This document shows, piece after piece, positions 61,657 to 64,000 of a DNA stretch of 64,000 bases. Location of the stretch: NCBI GenBank assembly GCA_963666835.2, contig CAXXGO010000006.1:992001-1056000 (forward strand), read 5' to 3'. This stretch comes from Phycisphaerae bacterium. GTDB taxonomy: Bacteria > Planctomycetota > Phycisphaerae > UBA1845. Under the pieces are notes generated by a model. It did not search any database, had not been told where the DNA came from, and worked only from the letters and a program-made list of their open reading frames with translations. Positions within the stretch are counted from its first letter, which is position 1. Every line of letters starts with the position of its first letter. Position numbers and translations under genes: made by a program.

Positions 61657-62307
61657 ATGGGTTCGCTTGTATTAATCCCGTGGCCTGAGACGGCGTGGAG
61701 TGCGTCCGGCCGTATCGGTGGTCGTTCGCCGGTGCCTTTGAGTGACGCCGGCCGCGATCAGGCCGAGAACTGGAGCCGCCAATTGGCCGGTGCGGGGATT
61801 AGCGCGGTGTTTTCGGGCGATGAGCAGGCTTCAACGGAAACCGCGGACATCGTGGCCAAGTCCACCAAGGCACGGCGCAAGGTTAGTGTCGGGTTTGCGG
61901 AAGTTGATGCCGGTCTTTGGGATGGACTCACCACCGAGGAGCTCAAGCGGCGATACCCGAAAGCGTACAAGCGGTGGAACGAGGACCCCTCGGCCGTGTG
62001 CCCCCCCGAAGGTGAGGGGATCACGGAGGCCTTCGAGCGACTCAGCGAATCGCTTGAGAAGGTCATGCGGAAGCAGGGGGACCGGAGCGTGGCCGTAGTG
62101 CTCGGACCGCTGGCTTTCGCGGTTGCCAGATGTGGTATCGAGGCGACAGAGCTTCACGCCGTGCGCTCGATGATGAACAACCGACCGCTGGCATACTCGC
62201 TGAACCCGGATGGACAGGCTGTGGCGCCGGCTTGGCAGGCCATCGGTGGCGAGGAGGAGCGAGTCGACGACCCGACGGAGGGCAGTGGAGAGGACGATGC
62301 AGGATAG
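61657..62307 (+). CDS. Histidine phosphatase (PGAM) fold protein with a degenerate active site
   Basis: G..PVPLSDAGRDQA, ETA, EVDAGLWDGL and PPEGE match the family; the RHG motif is replaced by PWP. Confidence 0.8.
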   Translation: MGSLVLIPWPETAWSASGRIGGRSPVPLSDAGRDQAENWSRQLAGAGISAVFSGDEQASTETADIVAKSTKARRKVSVGFAEVDAGLWDGLTTEELKRRYPKAYKRWNEDPSAVCPPEGEGITEAFERLSESLEKVMRKQGDRSVAVVLGPLAFAVARCGIEATELHAVRSMMNNRPLAYSLNPDGQAVAPAWQAIGGEEERVDDPTEGSGEDDAG

Positions 62308-63100
62308 AGTGGACGTTCCCGCGGGGCTGTGGAACCGATGCGAGAGCTGCGGGCACATGGTCTACGAGAAAGAGGTCGCGGAGGCTCTTCACGTTTGCCC
62401 GGAGTGTGGGTTTCATCGCCGGGTTGACGCCCGGGTACGGATCGAGCAATTGGCGGACCCCGGCACGTTTGAGGAGTTTGCCCAGGATTTGCGGTCGGCC
62501 GACCCGTTGGAGTTCGTTGATCGCATCCCTTACAAAGACCGCCTCGAGGAAGTGCAGCGCAAGACGGGCGAGACCGAGGCTATCGTGGTAGGGCAGGCCT
62601 TCATCCGCGGGCGGCGCGTGGTGCTCGCGGTCATGAACCCTTCGTTCATCATGGCCTCGATGGGCGCGGTCGTGGGAGAGAAGGTCACCCGGGCCATCGA
62701 ACGGGCCGAGGAAGAGAGCATCCCTCTGGTGATGGTCACCGCCTCCGGGGGGGCTCGGATGCAGGAGGGCATGGTGTCTTTGGTGCAGATGGCCAAGACC
62801 TCCGCAGCGCTAGCCCGTCTGGATGATGCCAAAGGTCTATACATCGTCGTGGCCACCGATCCAACGACGGCCGGCGTGGCGGCCAGCTTCGCGAGTCTTG
62901 GGGATATCATCCTGGCCGAGCCGAAGGCGATGATGGGTTTTGCCGGCCCGCGGGTGATTGCCAACACCATCAACGCCGAGCTGCCCGAGGGGTTCCAAAC
63001 CGCCGAGTTCATGCGCGAGCACGGCTTCGTCGACCGCATCGTTCGCCGTGCCAAACTCCGGTCGGAGATCGCGCGGATCATCGATTATTGCGGGAAATAA
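62297..63100 (+). CDS. accD: Acetyl-CoA carboxylase carboxyltransferase beta subunit
   Basis: LWNRCESC...VCPECGFH zinc finger; SMGAVVGEK, SGGARMQEG, GFAGPRVI, FQTAEF. Confidence 0.97.
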   Translation: MQDRVDVPAGLWNRCESCGHMVYEKEVAEALHVCPECGFHRRVDARVRIEQLADPGTFEEFAQDLRSADPLEFVDRIPYKDRLEEVQRKTGETEAIVVGQAFIRGRRVVLAVMNPSFIMASMGAVVGEKVTRAIERAEEESIPLVMVTASGGARMQEGMVSLVQMAKTSAALARLDDAKGLYIVVATDPTTAGVAASFASLGDIILAEPKAMMGFAGPRVIANTINAELPEGFQTAEFMREHGFVDRIVRRAKLRSEIARIIDYCGK

Positions 63101-63292
63101 CGGCGCGGCCGGTTCCGGTGACCAGCGCTTTTTCATCGCCAATAATCGGCGCGAAACGTTCTTGAATGACAGCGCCGAATATTCCCAAAGAAAATCTTTG
63201 ATTTGCGCCGATGAAAAGTGTAGAAAGTGTCCGAGGCGAAGCGGTCACTCTTTCTCTAACCCCTGACCCGACCAGCAGCTAACAACGAATCC

Positions 63293-63853
63293 ATGGACCA
63301 GCGAGCAAGGATGTGTAAAACGCTGGCGTGTCTCGTCGCGGCGATGACGGGCACGACGCTATTACTCGGGTGGATGGACCCGTCGCAATCGCTCACGCGC
63401 GCGACCCCCACCCCCGCCGAGATGGTGCGACTGGCTCGAACCGTGGTCGACGCCGACCTCGGAGGATACGACGGGCACTGGACCGAGATCGAGGTCGTCA
63501 CCGGGCGTCCGCGGTCGTCGGCGATGCTGGCCGCCGGGGCGAGGCCGCGTGATTGCCACTTCTTTGTGGGTTGCGACGGCTGCCCGCTCAGGGCTCGCTA
63601 CTGGCGGGACCAGCAGGCTCTGATCGACGCTCCGCAGACCGTACGGATCGAGGTCGCCCAACCGCTAGGCGGCGAGATCTCCTTCGCGCAGAAGCTATGC
63701 GTCAACGCGCTGATCACTGCCTTGAACGAGACCCTGATCCCGGAAGGCGGACTGCTTTCCGTACACCTGCCCCAAGATTGGGCTGCCCGGTCGCCCGACC
63801 AGCAAGCTCCCCCCGCATCCGGCACTCCTCTACTGGGCTACGCGATCGATTAG
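63293..63853 (+). CDS. Hypothetical exported protein, possibly a degenerate amidase_2 fold
   Basis: N-terminal hydrophobic segment; W..I, HF.V..DG, W..Q, .RI.V and Q....ALI..L spacing. Confidence 0.55.
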   Translation: MDQRARMCKTLACLVAAMTGTTLLLGWMDPSQSLTRATPTPAEMVRLARTVVDADLGGYDGHWTEIEVVTGRPRSSAMLAAGARPRDCHFFVGCDGCPLRARYWRDQQALIDAPQTVRIEVAQPLGGEISFAQKLCVNALITALNETLIPEGGLLSVHLPQDWAARSPDQQAPPASGTPLLGYAID

Positions 63854-63857
63854 CAAA

Positions 63858-64000
63858 GTAGGGCACGGTCGAGGCACGAGACCTGCCGCAACGGCGCGCA
63901 TCGCGCGAAGATCTCGTAGGGCACGGTCGAGGCACGAGACCTGCCGCAACGGCGCGCATCGCGCGAGGATCTCGTAGGGCACGGTCGAGGCACGAGACCT
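63858..64000 (+). repeat. REP cluster 5 (58-bp period, runs off the window end)
   Basis: GTAGGGCACGGTCGAGGCACGAGACCT at 63858, 63916 and 63974. Confidence 0.9.

Overview
GC-rich bacterial window, most likely Planctomycetota (Phycisphaerae-like). The assignment rests on Cys/Asp-rich secreted proteins with dockerin-like tails, a CxxCGYDLxG...CPECG membrane protein and IPTL-CTERM proteins. Ordinary content: duplicated CheY-like/CheC-like pairs, a VPS10/BNR protein, cls, mlaEFD, a DPM1-like GT2, prkA-yeaH-spoVR, a TetR-OMF-MFP-RND efflux operon, polA, rlmN, amrS, and gap-pgk-rpe-(degenerate phosphatase)-accD. An exosortase H locus with two IPTL-CTERM substrates is present. Intergenic DNA carries about 22 copies of a GTAG-type REP hairpin in five mosaic clusters; these are not CRISPR. 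The standout is a ~1.9 kb insertion (44418-46330). It encodes only two paralogous DUF1670-like proteins and no recognisable transposase. It has perfect 15-bp sub-terminal inverted repeats, a CT dinucleotide at both junctions and a ~210-nt hairpin-rich non-coding right end. Removing it restores a palindromic repeat that occurs intact twice elsewhere in the window. This is IS110/IS1111-like architecture with unrelated proteins, so it is a candidate new mobile-element class, possibly with an RNA component. All family calls are by-eye motif recognition; no database search was run.
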